From Novakomyces olei (Eukaryota): a stretch of 64,000 nucleotides of DNA. The stretch lies in the NCBI GenBank assembly GCA_016906335.1, contig JADEYG010000012.1, forward strand, positions 1-64,000, read 5' to 3'. The translations under genes were made by a program, and so were the position numbers. This document shows, one piece after another, positions 62,684 through 64,000 of the stretch (position 1 is the stretch's first letter; each line of letters opens with the position of its first letter). Under the pieces are notes generated by a model. It worked only from the letters and a program-made list of their open reading frames with translations, did not search any database and was not told where the DNA came from.

Positions 62684-64000
62684 AGCAAGCACCTCGATTA
62701 TGGAATATAAATTGCGCTCGACGTAGACAAAGCTTGGATTAAGGACCTCAAACACAATTCCGTTTACTATAGAAATTGTTTGATAATTGCTGTTTATCTC
62801 AATGACTGAATGATTATTGAAAATTATTAGCAAGTCTGACGAAGTCGAATCATTTCGGCCTTGGCGTTATTCGATCAGATTTTTAGGGAAATAAAACACT
62901 ATTTAAAAATGGATATTACATGTGACTAAAATTTTGGAATATTACAGTTGTCTTAATCAAATTACACATTCAATTGTTCAAAAACATACTTCATCAAATC
63001 TCAGATTGATGATTTAGCCAATTGTTAAATCTAAATGCTTCATATCATCCCACGGACAATAGCGATAATCATTCGAGACGTATGATACAATTATTGGAAA
63101 TTTAATATAAATACGTGGGGGGTTTACCATTCTTCACTTGAGTCGGATAGTTAATATAACCGTTCGAATTTCAAAATAACACTCAACAATATGCAATTAT
63201 AGCGCTTGCCTGGTATTATTAAATTTCCTTGCTTTCAAAGTATTTTCATGTGAACCAACGTTTACATCAAGTATTATTCATTCAATAAGATTTCATGTAC
63301 GGATTTAGAATCAGAAACCAATCTATTAGAAATCGTTTAATACTTCAAACGTTTTAATCAAGTCTTTCTATTTGGTGATCTAAAAAGGCTTAATCTTAAA
63401 TTTTCAAAGTAGAAAATGCTAGCAAAATTTTATTACAATTATCGTTTTAATCAGCGTTTTGGTTTGAATTTCCTCTGCCCCAATACTGATGATTGTGTAA
63501 GTAGGACTGAACATTGCAAAACTAGGAATTGTTTACAAAAAGTCAAATATGCTGAGTTTATCAAGTATTGCGAGTGGTCCCTGATAAATGCTCATTGCTG
63601 ATTGTGCCATAATAGCCTCTATTTTGGAGTAACATGAGTACGCAGTCTGAGCTTGACAAGTGGATAAGAATCCTCAAAAAATAATATGGGTTTCGACTCG
63701 TTTTTTTTGTTTCGAATTTGAATCGCTAAACAATGATTTGTGTATTTCTCTTTTTTTTTCCCAATAAGTTAAAAGTTAGAATTTGTGATTTGTAGCGAAA
63801 CTTTCAGAACAACTGGACATTGTCCCCGTTTATAATTTATTGTACTAAATTACGTATAACAGCATGTTTTCTTTTTTTTTAATTGGCAGCTATCAAGGCA
63901 ATTTTTAACATTTAAACGAACATCTTTCAAAAGCGAGCTTTTCGTAATGCGAGTTTGTCAATTAACGCAATTTTACTCGAGCTCTACTAAAGTCATGCGT

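Overview
Eukaryotic (ascomycete-like fungal) DNA with short spliceosomal introns, in three zones. (1) 1-4.4 kb: a compound satellite, a spliced orphan gene with 80-aa repeats and a 20-bp minisatellite. (2) 5.7-32 kb: gene-dense housekeeping region (PQ-loop transporter, MetAP2, VAP/Scs2, UBX protein, PCT1, ECM33, MAG1, QCR7, NAD+ carrier, small proteins) plus an arylsulfotransferase-like/MFS/Zn2Cys6 trio. (3) 32.5-64 kb: a pile of nested LTR retrotransposons with no recognisable host gene. It holds two young full-length Ty3/gypsy chromoviruses, one inside the 5' LTR of the other, and fragmented or rearranged Ty1/copia elements. The main result is that the outer chromovirus (33605-46541) carries a third gene between pol and the 3' LTR. 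It encodes a C2H2 zinc finger plus a JmjC-type Fe/2OG oxygenase domain with an intact H-x-D...H triad, a candidate transposon-encoded anti-silencing histone demethylase. Also notable: self-priming PBSs, copia elements with TA...CA LTR ends and a tRNA-Lys anticodon-arm PBS, and an inverted copia resembling an autointegration product. All calls were made by eye and no database searches were run. LTR family letters (A-I) are my own labels.
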